Shown: in pieces, positions 9,264 through 18,821 of the stretch
Layout of the letters: the number at the start of each line of letters is the position of its first letter
Numbering within the stretch: the first letter of the stretch is position 1
NCBI GenBank assembly: GCA_964560875.1
Contig: CAZLMW010000025.1
Coordinates: 812-64,811 of the forward strand
DNA length: 64,000 bases
From: an uncultured Enterobacteriaceae bacterium
GTDB taxonomy: Bacteria > Myxococcota_A > UBA9042
Reading direction: 5' to 3'
Translations under genes and position numbers: made by a program
The notes under the pieces: model-generated
Databases searched by the model: none
What the model was told of the DNA's origin: nothing
The model's input: only the letters and a program-made list of their open reading frames with translations

Positions 9264-9940
9264 CGGATTCGACCGCCGACCTCCAACACCGTCTTGAGAT
9301 GGAAGCTGCCCGCGTGCTTGAAACGATTTCGACCGCCCCGCCAAGCGGCAGAAGTTTGCGATCCGAGCGCCCGGCGACCGAGAGGACCGTCGCAGCGTCG
9401 GCGCCCGAAACGGCATCGAACGCGGACGCCGAACCGGTCGATTTCGGAGCCGCGTATCGCGAGCACTTCAATCACGTGTGGCACACACTGCGCCGCCTCG
9501 GAGTCGCCGAGCGCGACCTGGAAGATACGGCACAGGAGGTCTTCATCACCGCGCACCGCCGACTCGACAGCTTCGATACGACGCGGCCCATTCGGCCGTG
9601 GCTTTCGGGGATCGCGTGGCGGGCAGCGAGCGATGAACGCAAACGTGCGCGCAATCGACGCGAGCTGGTCGGAATCAAGGCCGAACCGAGCTCGAAGGTG
9701 CCGGACCAGGCCGATCAACTGGCCGCCGCACGATCCCGGGCGTTGGTTCACAGCGCGTTGGCGAGGCTGCCCGAAGAGCAACGCATCGTTTTCATCATGC
9801 ATGAGATCGATGGCTTCTCGATGCCGGAAATCCGCGATGCGCTCGATTTCCCCCTGAACACGCTGTACTCGCGGCTGCGCCTTGCGCGCCGTAAATTCAA
9901 GGACGCGGTCGTAAGCTTACGGCCGCATGGAGGGTCGTGA
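9260..9940 (+). CDS. ECF-type RNA polymerase sigma-70 factor
   Basis: Region 2 reads YREHFNHVWHTLRRLG...EDTAQEVFITAHRRLDSFD...PWLSGIA. Region 4 reads LPEEQRIVFIMHEIDGFSMPEI....PLNTLYSRLRLAR. Confidence 0.93.
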   Translation: MTDSTADLQHRLEMEAARVLETISTAPPSGRSLRSERPATERTVAASAPETASNADAEPVDFGAAYREHFNHVWHTLRRLGVAERDLEDTAQEVFITAHRRLDSFDTTRPIRPWLSGIAWRAASDERKRARNRRELVGIKAEPSSKVPDQADQLAAARSRALVHSALARLPEEQRIVFIMHEIDGFSMPEIRDALDFPLNTLYSRLRLARRKFKDAVVSLRPHGGS

Positions 9941-10851
9941 TGAGCGTCCCCGAAGAACGCCTGGACGCCGATCTCCAGGCCCTGTTGGATGCGGAACGAG
10001 CCGCGCCCAACCCCTCTGCGGAGGTCCAGGCGCGCGTTTGGTCCAACGTGGAAACGAGCATCGCGGCCAGCGGCACTGCTGCGACGGCCTCGACCGGGAC
10101 CGGTGGCGGGGCGACTGCGCCAGCGGTAACCGCGGGCAAGGCGGCGGTCGGAAAATGGGTTGCTGCAGCCGCGTTTGTCGCGGTGGCGGCGGTCGGCGTG
10201 ATCAACCAGGCGCCGGAGCCGGAAGCGACGACCGAAACGCCGGCGCCGGCGGTTGTGGAAGCTGAGGAGCCCGTCGCGCCAGCGCGGATCGCGCCGGTTG
10301 TGCCCAAGGCCACGGCCGAAACGGCGCCGTCGGAAAAGACGGAGCGTGAAGCTCTCGCTGGACATGCGCCTACCCAGCCGACTGTTGCAGAAAGCACCGG
10401 CAACCGTACGGCCGAGCGCGCGGTCGTGGCCGCGGCTGAACCTCCCCGCCCTGCTGCTGAGCAAGCCGCGCCGCAGCCAGCCAAGCCTCGCCCTGTCCCT
10501 GCCGAGCGCCGTGCACCAGCTCCCGAAGCCCCCGCTGCAGAACCGGAAGCACCGCCGGTCGCCGAGTCGGCCGCCGATTTGAAGCGCGAGCTCGCGCAAC
10601 TCCGCGCCGCACGCGCGGCTCTTGTCGCTGGATCTGCGACCGGCGCGCTCAGCCACGCGGAAAAGCACGCGACCGAATTCCCGCGCGGCCAACTCGCCGA
10701 GGAACGTGACGCCCTCCGCATTCAGGCCCTGGCCGCGCTCGGCCGCCACGATGAAGCGCTGCGCCGCGCCGACATATTCCGGCGAACCTATCCCGGCAGC
10801 TTGATGTGGACCGCTGTCAAACGCGCCGTTGCGACCGCAGCCGACCGGTGA
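9937..10851 (+). CDS. Putative anti-sigma factor: single TM helix, Pro/Ala-rich linker, C-terminal TPR-like helical domain
   Basis: Start overlaps the sigma stop (GTGA). One hydrophobic helix (KWVAAAAFVAVAAVGVI) and C-terminal FPRGQLAEERDALRIQALAALGR...YPGS, as in myxobacterial ECF-adjacent proteins. Confidence 0.75.
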   Translation: MMSVPEERLDADLQALLDAERAAPNPSAEVQARVWSNVETSIAASGTAATASTGTGGGATAPAVTAGKAAVGKWVAAAAFVAVAAVGVINQAPEPEATTETPAPAVVEAEEPVAPARIAPVVPKATAETAPSEKTEREALAGHAPTQPTVAESTGNRTAERAVVAAAEPPRPAAEQAAPQPAKPRPVPAERRAPAPEAPAAEPEAPPVAESAADLKRELAQLRAARAALVAGSATGALSHAEKHATEFPRGQLAEERDALRIQALAALGRHDEALRRADIFRRTYPGSLMWTAVKRAVATAADR

Positions 10852-11123
10852 TCAAAAGCCGCGACCTGGCCGATCAACTGCGGCGGTCGGCAACGGCGCC
10901 GGCGCTGCCGATCGGCGAGGGGGCCAACCGACTCAACTCAGGCGAGAAGCGGCAGCGCTTCAACGAGGCGCGGGCCGAAGCGTGCGACGCCGCGGTGGCA
11001 GTGGAGCTGGCCGCGGCGCCTGGTCTGGTGCCGCCCGCCGAAGCCGAACCGCTGCTGGCGGCGGCCGACAAGGTCGCGGCCATGCTCACCGGCCTCATCC
11101 GCAAGCACAGCGGCACCCCGTGA
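10848..11123 (+). pseudogene. N-terminally truncated four-helix-bundle protein (23S rRNA intervening-sequence/bAvd-like family)
   Basis: DLADQLRRSA.....IGEG...EKRQRFNEARAEA...VAAMLTGLIR matches helices 2-4 of the family. Helix 1 is absent and the usual NIAEG reads PIGEG. Confidence 0.6.
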
Positions 11124-11131
11124 GGGCGCGA

Positions 11132-11149
11132 GTTCGGGTTCGGGTTCGG
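11132..11149. repeat. Hexamer microsatellite (GTTCGG)x3 with a degenerate continuation
   Basis: Read directly, just after the four-helix-bundle stop codon. Confidence 0.85.
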
Positions 11150-11320
11150 GTCGCTCGGACTCGGCCCATCGCTCAGTCAGCGACTTCCAGTCGGGCCTGC
11201 GGCGAGCCGCCGGCATTCCATGCAACGACGTTGGAATATGGTACGCTGGCCGGTGCAGGGACAGGTCGCTGGGTCCATCACCCCACTCCACGTATGGACC
11301 CACGCCGAGGAGCCGGCGCG

Positions 11321-12649
11321 ATGACGGGCACCACGCCACGCCGACCGACGAGCCGTTCGCCGCGCACCTGTGTGCCAGCCACCACTTCGTTCGCGTGCGT
11401 GGTTGCGATTGTATCGGCCGCGTTGCTCGCCGGCTGCGTCGCAGAGCGAGGCGTTGTTGTCGGCGTCATTGATGGCGGCGAGACGGCACTTGCCCAGCCC
11501 GTCGAACCCCAACGACGCTCGGACCACACAGCCGCCAAACCGCAGAATCTGCCAGTTCAGCGCCGCGGCACGCCACTTTTGATCGCGCAGCCGTCACAGA
11601 TCGCGGTGAAGTTCGTGCAGATCGGCAAAACCGTGAACCGTTCCGTCATGTTGAAGAACCCGGGGACGGCACAGTTGCGCATCGAGCGCATGGTGCTGAC
11701 CGGCAGCGATTCGTTCTCCGTGCGCCCATCCGGTCCGACGCACTGGACCTTGTCTTCGGCCAGGCAGGCGATCGACTTCGATCCGCCCCTCACCATCGAC
11801 CCGGGCGGCGCCTTGCCCTTGATGGTGCGCTACAAATCAGCATTGACCACGCAGGAGACGGCCGTCCTTCGTGTGCTCAGCAACGACCCGACCCGCGAAA
11901 TCGCGCTCGCCGTTCCGTTGCGCGGCAACATCGCCCCAGCTTGCTTGAAGCTGTCGCCCGCCAAGGTGCTCGACTTCGGCCATGTGGACATCGGTACCTG
12001 TCGCACACGCATCGTGGACGCCCGCAACTGCGGCGATGTTCCGGTCGTCCTGCAGCAGGCCGGATTCGTCAAACCGAAGGTTAACACGCCGTTTTCCGTG
12101 TCTTGGGGAACCGGAATGGCCGACTCGCCGTGGGTCGATCAGCAGCTGACCGGCGGCGGCAACAACGCCGTGCTTGTTGACCCGGGTCAAAAGCACGCCC
12201 TCGCAGTGACCTACTGCCCGGCCAAGGCGCCGGTCGCCTCCATCATCGATAGCGAAGTCCTGACGGTTATCGCCACGGCGCCGGGCATCAACAGCGTGCT
12301 CTGCCGCGGCCAACCGAAGAAGCCGAGCTGCCCGAAGGCCGTCGCCGGAATCAGCCAGGGCGAGATGCCCGAGGTCGGCAAGTCGATGCAGCTCACTGCG
12401 CACGACTCGTTGTCTGCCAAGGGCGTCATCAACGCGTGGTCGTGGACCATGCAGGCGCCGCCTTCGAGCAACGCCAAGCTCTACCCGAGCGCCAAGGTCC
12501 GTTCGCCCACCGTGAAGCTCGACGTCGCCGGTAGCTACACATTCTGCGTCGATGTCTGGGACAGCAAGGGCCGCAAAAGTTGCCACCCGTCTTGCTTCAC
12601 AGCGCACGTCAATGACGTCGCGGCGTACGGCACGCTTCCCGTCTGGTAG
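11321..12649 (+). CDS. Putative lipoprotein with Ig-like (choice-of-anchor D/PapD-like) domains and a C-terminal PKD/REJ-like domain
   Basis: Lipobox LLAGC. Two V.LKNPG/ARNCG-type Ig modules (VLRVLSNDP), then AWSWTMQAPPSS...DVAGSYTFCVDVWD. Confidence 0.72.
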   Translation: MTGTTPRRPTSRSPRTCVPATTSFACVVAIVSAALLAGCVAERGVVVGVIDGGETALAQPVEPQRRSDHTAAKPQNLPVQRRGTPLLIAQPSQIAVKFVQIGKTVNRSVMLKNPGTAQLRIERMVLTGSDSFSVRPSGPTHWTLSSARQAIDFDPPLTIDPGGALPLMVRYKSALTTQETAVLRVLSNDPTREIALAVPLRGNIAPACLKLSPAKVLDFGHVDIGTCRTRIVDARNCGDVPVVLQQAGFVKPKVNTPFSVSWGTGMADSPWVDQQLTGGGNNAVLVDPGQKHALAVTYCPAKAPVASIIDSEVLTVIATAPGINSVLCRGQPKKPSCPKAVAGISQGEMPEVGKSMQLTAHDSLSAKGVINAWSWTMQAPPSSNAKLYPSAKVRSPTVKLDVAGSYTFCVDVWDSKGRKSCHPSCFTAHVNDVAAYGTLPVW

Positions 12650-12653
12650 ACGT

Positions 12654-14090
12654 CTACAGCGATTTCTTAGCCGCGGGCGCGGTCTTCCAAACGAACAGGC
12701 CAAGCGTTCCTTCCGGATGCGCCGCGGTGCCGCCGAACTCCGCGAGACCCGAGACGTCGCCCACGACGTAGCGATTGCCGGCTTTGTCGAACGCGATCCC
12801 GTAGGCGCCGTCTTCTTTCTCCGACCCGGCCAGCACGGTGGATGTGACATTGCCGTCGGTCCCCAACTCGATGATGGCCGCGTCGAGGCTGCCGTAAGCG
12901 GTGCGGCTCTTGGCGCCGATCTTGACCGTGCCTTGGACGTACCCGGCGATGTGCGTATGTCCGGCGCTGTCGACAGCCAGGTCCATCTCCTCGATGGCGT
13001 CGTAGTCCGCAGTCCACTGCGCAGTGGCCCAGAGAGGCTTGCCGGCGGCGTCGAGCCTCGTGACGAACGTCGCGCCCTTGTCGTCGACAGCGACGAGGTT
13101 GGCCGACCCGATCGTCAGCCCTTTTGCGAGCCAGCCAACAACGGTGATCGAGCCATCGGGACCGAAGCGCGGCAGCTCGGCGCCGTCGTCGCCCTGGCCG
13201 GAGAACGTTCGCGCCCAGGAAACGCGCCCAAAAGTGTCGAAGCGCAGAATCATCGGATCGGAGCCGCTCGCCGACGTGAGCACCGAGTTCATCGCCTTGG
13301 CCTGGCCGGAGAACGAACCAGCTGCGACGGCGCCACCGTCGGGCGCGACGTCCACCGCATAGATGTGGTCCTCACCGCTTCCGCCGATTCCGCGGAGCCA
13401 ACGCAGCTTTCCTTTCGCGTCCCACGAGGCCACGAATCCGTCGCTACCGCCGGCGCTCGTGATCTCTTGAGACCCGGATCCCGCCGTGCTGCTGAAATCG
13501 CCGACCACGACGGTCGCGCCGCTGGCGTTGCCACCGATGCTGAACCCGTAGTCCGACGTTGCGCCGGTCACGGTTCGGACCCATTTGAAGGCGCCTGTGC
13601 TGTCGACGTGCGCGACGAAGGCCGCTTTGCCAACGCCGCTGTCGGCGTTGTGTCCCCCGAACGTGGCTTTGCCCTGCAGCGTGCCGCCAACGAACGAGCT
13701 TCCGTTTGCGGCCCGCACGATCCCGTCGCCCGTGGTGGTGCCCTGCCCTGCAGCGACCGCGTGCCATTGAAACTCGCCCCTGGAATCGAGGGCCGCGACG
13801 AAGACGGCCTGGTTGCCGCCGGTCACGATCTTGTTTTTGCCAAGCGTGATGGTTCCGCGCGCGGTCCCGGCGATGATCGCTTCACCCGCGTCAGTGACCG
13901 CCACGTCGTACGCGCCGATCTCTCCGTCCGCTCCCCCAGCGACCGCGACGTACGGAATGCCGGCCGCTTTGTTCTGCTTGGCCCCTTCGGATTCAACCGT
14001 GGTACTGCAAGCCAATGTCGAGACAGACGCGACGCAGATGACGAGCCATTGGGCGCTTGAGAATGCGTGGTGGTTGGCAGGGCGATTCAT
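12654..14090 (-). CDS. Lipoprotein with SBBP-like beta-propeller repeats
   Basis: Lipobox TLAC. Repeated units such as YDVAVTDAGEAIIAG, YAVDVAPDGGAVAAG and YGIAFDKAGNRYVVG, each followed by D.FV...D..G...W. Confidence 0.85.
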   Translation of the reverse strand: MNRPANHHAFSSAQWLVICVASVSTLACSTTVESEGAKQNKAAGIPYVAVAGGADGEIGAYDVAVTDAGEAIIAGTARGTITLGKNKIVTGGNQAVFVAALDSRGEFQWHAVAAGQGTTTGDGIVRAANGSSFVGGTLQGKATFGGHNADSGVGKAAFVAHVDSTGAFKWVRTVTGATSDYGFSIGGNASGATVVVGDFSSTAGSGSQEITSAGGSDGFVASWDAKGKLRWLRGIGGSGEDHIYAVDVAPDGGAVAAGSFSGQAKAMNSVLTSASGSDPMILRFDTFGRVSWARTFSGQGDDGAELPRFGPDGSITVVGWLAKGLTIGSANLVAVDDKGATFVTRLDAAGKPLWATAQWTADYDAIEEMDLAVDSAGHTHIAGYVQGTVKIGAKSRTAYGSLDAAIIELGTDGNVTSTVLAGSEKEDGAYGIAFDKAGNRYVVGDVSGLAEFGGTAAHPEGTLGLFVWKTAPAAKKSL

Positions 14091-14240
14091 GGCGTCTCCG
14101 TGGTCGGTGGCCGCGTCGTGGAGCCGGCCTTACATATCGGACCCGTGGCGTCGACGAAAACCGAAAACGAAAATGTCGTGGCAAATGTAGACGAGGCTGC
14201 GGGTGCGCGCGCGCTGGGTGTCCAATGAACAGGAGGCGCG

Positions 14241-17200
14241 ATGGCGTTCGACGTCGGCTACAACCACAAGGCGACCATGAGCACGGCCCTGACCCCGTCG
14301 AAGGCGCTGCCAGGGGCGGCCGTTCGCGCGTGGTCGGCGGCGATCGTGGGCCATGGTTGCGCCGCGGCGGCCCTTGCGTGGCGGTATCGTGGTTGTCAGC
14401 CCGACGACGAACTGCAGGCTCGGATCACAGCCCATGCCTGTGAGGTCTCGGTCGCTATCCCGACCGCCAGAGATGTCACGTTTGCAGCGGTGGCGGCAGC
14501 CTTCGAAGAGGTCTTGCGGGCGCAGCCTGCCGAGTTGATCGCCGTGTGCGCCCGCGTTGGCCAGGTTTGCGTTCACATCGATGACGTCGACCACGACCGG
14601 ACGCTGCTCTCCGCGACCGTCGACACCAGCAATGGTTTGCGAATCGATGTTTCCGTCTCTCCCTCGGCCAGCTTCTTCGCCGTCCAGCCGCGCGTTGCCG
14701 GCCACTACGAGAGGACCCTCAAGGCGATCGCCGCCGACGACACGAGTGCGATCAGCTCGATCGAGATCATCGGCAGCGACGAAGCAGACGTGTTGCGCCG
14801 CTTCAGCGGGCAGGCGTTCCGCCGGGATCTCGCCGCGCACATCTGCCTCTTTGAGTTGTTCGACGCGACCGTCGACGGAGCCGCCAACCGCCCGGCGCTG
14901 ACGTATCGCGGCATCGATGTGACCTATGCGGAGCTCGAGGCCGACGCGAACCGGATCGCGCGCCACCTTCGCTGTGTCGGCGTACGTACCGGGGACAAGG
15001 TCTCGCTGTGGTTGCCGCGCGGATTGCTTCCGTACGCTGCGATCCTCGGCGCGATGAAGGCCGGCGCTGCCTACGTTCCCATTGACCCGGCGTTTCCCGC
15101 TGACCGCGCTCGTTTTATCAACCAGGACGCGGCCGTGTCCGCCATGATCACGGTCACCGAGCTCGGCGGAATGCTCGACGACTGCGAATCCGCCGTTGTG
15201 CTGCTGGATCGCGATCAGGCGGCCATTGAAAAACTCCCGGCGACGAGACTGTCCGCGTCCGATCCCGTGTTCGCCGACGATCGGGCGCCCATCCCCAGCG
15301 ACCCCGCCTACGTCATTTATACGTCCGGCTCGACCGGCGTCCCCAAGGGGGTGCAGATTTCTCACAGCGCCGCGGCCAACCTCGTTCGCGCGTCCCACCA
15401 TGTCTACGATTCGCGGGCGGACGATCGGGTCTTCCAGGGGTTCTCGCTCGCGTTCGATGCCTCTATTGAAGAGCTATGGCTGGCGTTCTACATGGGCGGC
15501 ACGCTCGTCGTGGGTGATGCCGATGTCGCGATGAGCGGCCCGGAGCTCGCCGGTTTCCTCCGCCGCCAACGCGTCACAGCCTGGTCGACGGTCCCCACCC
15601 AACTCTCGATGATGCAAGATGACGTTCCGTCGCTGCGCTTGCTCATCCTCGGCGGAGAATTCTGCCCCACGGAGCTCTTGCGGCGCTGGTATCGCCCCGA
15701 TCGGCTTGTCGTGAACACGTACGGCCCCACCGAAGCGACCGTGATCGCCACGCATGCGCGCTGTCATCCCGATGACGTCGTCACCATCGGCGTGCCTGTG
15801 CCGAACTACCGCGTTTTCCTGCTCGACGAGGCGCAGCGGCCGGTCCCCCTCGGTTGCGCCGGCGAGATTTGCATTGCGGGCCCCGGCCTGGCCGACGGCT
15901 ACGTGGGGCGCGATGAGCTGAACGCGACATGTTTTGTGGCGCCGCCATTTGAGATTGGCGATGGGCTTGCCCAGCGCGTGTACCGGTCCGGTGATGTGGG
16001 CCGCTACGACGACCGCGGCCGCATCCAGTTCGAAGGCCGGGTCGACAACCAGGTCAAGATCCGCGGCTACCGCGTCGAACTCAGCGAGATCGAGTCCATC
16101 CTCTTGGGCTGTGATGGCGTCGCAGCCGCCGTCGTCACTGTGCGCGAAGAGGACGGCATCAAACGGCTCGTCGCATATCTCGTCGCCGCCGCCGGAGCGG
16201 CTCTAAGCGCCTCCGGGTTGCGCGCGACTCTCCGCGACCTCGTGCCCGGCTACATGGTTCCGTCCGTTTTCGCCGCGATGGATGAGCTGCCGTCGCTACC
16301 CAGCGGAAAGGTCGACCGCCGCCGCCTGCCTCCGCCCGAAGAGTGCGCGATCGTCGACGACCGATCGTACGTCGCACCTCGCAACGCCACCGAACGCGTG
16401 CTGCAGTCCGTCATCACCGAGCTGCTTGGCCCATCGCCCGTGTGCATTCACGACGACTTCTTCGACCTTGGCGGTCACTCGTTGCTCGCCGCACGCGCCG
16501 TTTCGCGTCTGCGCAACGAGCCGGGCATGGACGGGCTGTCGATCGAAGCCATCTACCGGTTCCCGACCATCGCCGAGCTCGCCGTCCACATCGACAAGAC
16601 ATATGGCGCGGCGCCGGTTCGCCAGACCATTCGGGTGATGGCCGTCGCCCCCGAACCCGAGCGCCGCTCCATCGCGCGGGCCGCCGCCATCCAGGCCGCG
16701 GCCCTGTACCCATTGCTGGGGCTCTTTTCACTCGCTCTGCTCGTCCCATGGCTACTCGACCGGCTTTTTCCGGCCATCGACGCGGTTGCGTGGCTTGTCG
16801 CTTCCGGTGCAGGGCTGCTCGCGCTACCGGTCCTGCTTGTTGCCGTTTCGATCGCGACCAAGTGGGCGCTAATCGGTCGCTTCGAGGCCGGACAGTGGCC
16901 GTTGTGGAGCGGCTACTACCTGCGTTTTTGGTTCGTTTGCCGCGTTGTCGACCTGGTCCCCATGCGGCTGCTTCGCGGCACACCGTGGATGGCGGCTTAT
17001 CTGCGCTGGATGGGCGCGGATATCGGGCCTGACGTGCACATCGACAGCGATCGATTCCGCGCGTTCGACTTGGTGCGCATCGGCGCCGCGAGCAGCATCG
17101 GTGGCGACGCTCACATGATGGCCTACGAGGTGCGGGACGGTATTTTGCGGGTTGGGCCGATCTCGGTTGGGGACGGCTGCTTTGTCGGCGCACGCTCGGT

Positions 17201-18773
17201 CGTCTCGCACAGCACGCGGCTTGAAGATAGCGCGCGGCTTGGCGAGCTGTCGTTGTTGCGGCCCGGCCAAACCGTACCCGCCGGCGACTATTGGCACGGC
17301 GCCCCGGCCCGCGCCGTGGCTGAGGCGCCCCCTCTTGGAACGGAAAACGCCGAGAGGTCGACCCCCACCATCGGCTGGTATGGCCTGTTCGCCGTGGCTT
17401 TGGCGTGGGTCCTGGCGGTCCCCGTGATCGCGGTCACCCCGACCGTCTGGCTGATGTTCGAAGCGTGGGTCTCTGCCGGTCTCGGCGCCGCCGTTGCCGC
17501 TTCGTTGCCCGGGTCCTGGTTGTTTGTGGCGTGTTTCCTCGGCCTTGTCGCCGCGACCAAGTGGATAGTTCTCGGTCGCATCGAACCCGGGGCGTGGCCC
17601 GTGCACTCGACGATGTACATCCGCAAATGGCTGGTCGACGCGCTGGTGCAGTCGAGCTTGATGGTTGTGCAGCCGATCTACGGCACGATTTGGTTGCCGC
17701 CATGGCTGCGGATGATGGGCGCCCGTATCGGTCGCCGGGCCGAGATTTCGACGGTGGATCACCTCTCGACCGATCTGCTCGAAGTTGGCGACGAGTCGTT
17801 CATCGCCGATTCCGTAAGCGTCGGTCCGCAACGCGTCCACAACGGAGTTGTCGCGGTGGGCGGTGCCCGAATCGGGCGTCGCAGCTTTGTCGGCAACAGC
17901 GCGCTCCTTCCGGCCTCCAGTGACGTTCCGTCCGGCCAACTCGTCGGCCTGGTGAGCCGTCCGCCAGACTCGGATATCGCGGCGACATCAAGTCACCTGG
18001 TGTGGCTGGGTTCGCCGCCGATGGCCCTGCCCCGTCGCCAAAAAAGCGCGTCGTTCGCCGATGAGGAGACGTTCCATCCGCCCCGCCATCTCGTCTTCGC
18101 GCGCGGGATCGTCGAGCTGTTCAAGATCGGGCTGCCACCCGCGCTGTCGATGTGCGTCTTCGTCATTTCGTATTTTGTGTTGGCGGCGATGGGCAATCGG
18201 CTCGGCGTCGTGGGCTACGTACTTGCCGCGCCGCTTGTGGTCCTTTTCGCTGGCATCTTCGCCTCGGGCGTTGTGGTCGCGGCCAAGTGGGCGCTTGTGG
18301 GCAAATACGTCGAGCGAAACCTGCCGCTCTGGCATCCCCACGTGTGGTTGAGCGAGCTGATCAACGCGCTGTGGGAAAACGTCACCTACCCGTTCTTGTC
18401 CCGGTTCCTGCTGGGCACGCCGTGGATGGCGCCGCTGCTTCGAGCCATGGGATCGCGCATCGGCAAGGGCGTCTACATCGACACCATCGAGGTCACCGAA
18501 TTCGATCTCGTCGACATCGACGACCACGCGTGCATCAATTACGGTGCGACCGTGCAGACGCACCTTTTCGAGGATCGGGTGATGAAGATGGCGGGCCTGC
18601 ATATCGGCAACGGCGCGACCATCGGCCCGATGGCGGTTGCGCTCTACGGGTCGGTGATGGGCGAGCGAGCGTGTCTTGATGGCCTGTCGCTGCTGATGAA
18701 GGGCGAGTCGCTGCCCGCGCGGACGAGGTGGGCCGGTTCGCCCGCCCAAATGGTGCCGTACGTCGGCGTGTAA
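14241..18773 (+). CDS. pls: Pls/PosA-family membrane-bound non-ribosomal peptide synthetase (epsilon-poly-L-lysine synthetase-like)
   Basis: SD AGGAGG at 14231-14236. A domain (YTSGSTGVPKG, FDAS, NTYGPTE, YRSGD, QVKIRGYRVEL, PSGKVDR). T domain DDFFDLGGHS (Ser at 16479-16481). Then three TM-pair plus left-handed beta-helix repeats ending in QTHLFEDR. No canonical C or TE domain. Confidence 0.95.
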   Translation: MAFDVGYNHKATMSTALTPSKALPGAAVRAWSAAIVGHGCAAAALAWRYRGCQPDDELQARITAHACEVSVAIPTARDVTFAAVAAAFEEVLRAQPAELIAVCARVGQVCVHIDDVDHDRTLLSATVDTSNGLRIDVSVSPSASFFAVQPRVAGHYERTLKAIAADDTSAISSIEIIGSDEADVLRRFSGQAFRRDLAAHICLFELFDATVDGAANRPALTYRGIDVTYAELEADANRIARHLRCVGVRTGDKVSLWLPRGLLPYAAILGAMKAGAAYVPIDPAFPADRARFINQDAAVSAMITVTELGGMLDDCESAVVLLDRDQAAIEKLPATRLSASDPVFADDRAPIPSDPAYVIYTSGSTGVPKGVQISHSAAANLVRASHHVYDSRADDRVFQGFSLAFDASIEELWLAFYMGGTLVVGDADVAMSGPELAGFLRRQRVTAWSTVPTQLSMMQDDVPSLRLLILGGEFCPTELLRRWYRPDRLVVNTYGPTEATVIATHARCHPDDVVTIGVPVPNYRVFLLDEAQRPVPLGCAGEICIAGPGLADGYVGRDELNATCFVAPPFEIGDGLAQRVYRSGDVGRYDDRGRIQFEGRVDNQVKIRGYRVELSEIESILLGCDGVAAAVVTVREEDGIKRLVAYLVAAAGAALSASGLRATLRDLVPGYMVPSVFAAMDELPSLPSGKVDRRRLPPPEECAIVDDRSYVAPRNATERVLQSVITELLGPSPVCIHDDFFDLGGHSLLAARAVSRLRNEPGMDGLSIEAIYRFPTIAELAVHIDKTYGAAPVRQTIRVMAVAPEPERRSIARAAAIQAAALYPLLGLFSLALLVPWLLDRLFPAIDAVAWLVASGAGLLALPVLLVAVSIATKWALIGRFEAGQWPLWSGYYLRFWFVCRVVDLVPMRLLRGTPWMAAYLRWMGADIGPDVHIDSDRFRAFDLVRIGAASSIGGDAHMMAYEVRDGILRVGPISVGDGCFVGARSVVSHSTRLEDSARLGELSLLRPGQTVPAGDYWHGAPARAVAEAPPLGTENAERSTPTIGWYGLFAVALAWVLAVPVIAVTPTVWLMFEAWVSAGLGAAVAASLPGSWLFVACFLGLVAATKWIVLGRIEPGAWPVHSTMYIRKWLVDALVQSSLMVVQPIYGTIWLPPWLRMMGARIGRRAEISTVDHLSTDLLEVGDESFIADSVSVGPQRVHNGVVAVGGARIGRRSFVGNSALLPASSDVPSGQLVGLVSRPPDSDIAATSSHLVWLGSPPMALPRRQKSASFADEETFHPPRHLVFARGIVELFKIGLPPALSMCVFVISYFVLAAMGNRLGVVGYVLAAPLVVLFAGIFASGVVVAAKWALVGKYVERNLPLWHPHVWLSELINALWENVTYPFLSRFLLGTPWMAPLLRAMGSRIGKGVYIDTIEVTEFDLVDIDDHACINYGATVQTHLFEDRVMKMAGLHIGNGATIGPMAVALYGSVMGERACLDGLSLLMKGESLPARTRWAGSPAQMVPYVGV

Positions 18774-18821
18774 TCGGCAGAGTCTGGACCGCGCGTGAAT
18801 GCCGCAAACACCATCCATTCC

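Noticed and set aside
10848-11123. Four-helix-bundle gene as the Avd of a diversity-generating retroelement
   Set aside because: There is no reverse transcriptase and no template/variable repeat pair nearby, and the gene is truncated.
11270-11302. 9-bp stem hairpin (TGGGTCCAT/ATGGACCCA) upstream of the 11321 gene
   Set aside because: It has no U-tract or riboswitch motif, and a single stem of this size is weak evidence in GC-rich DNA.
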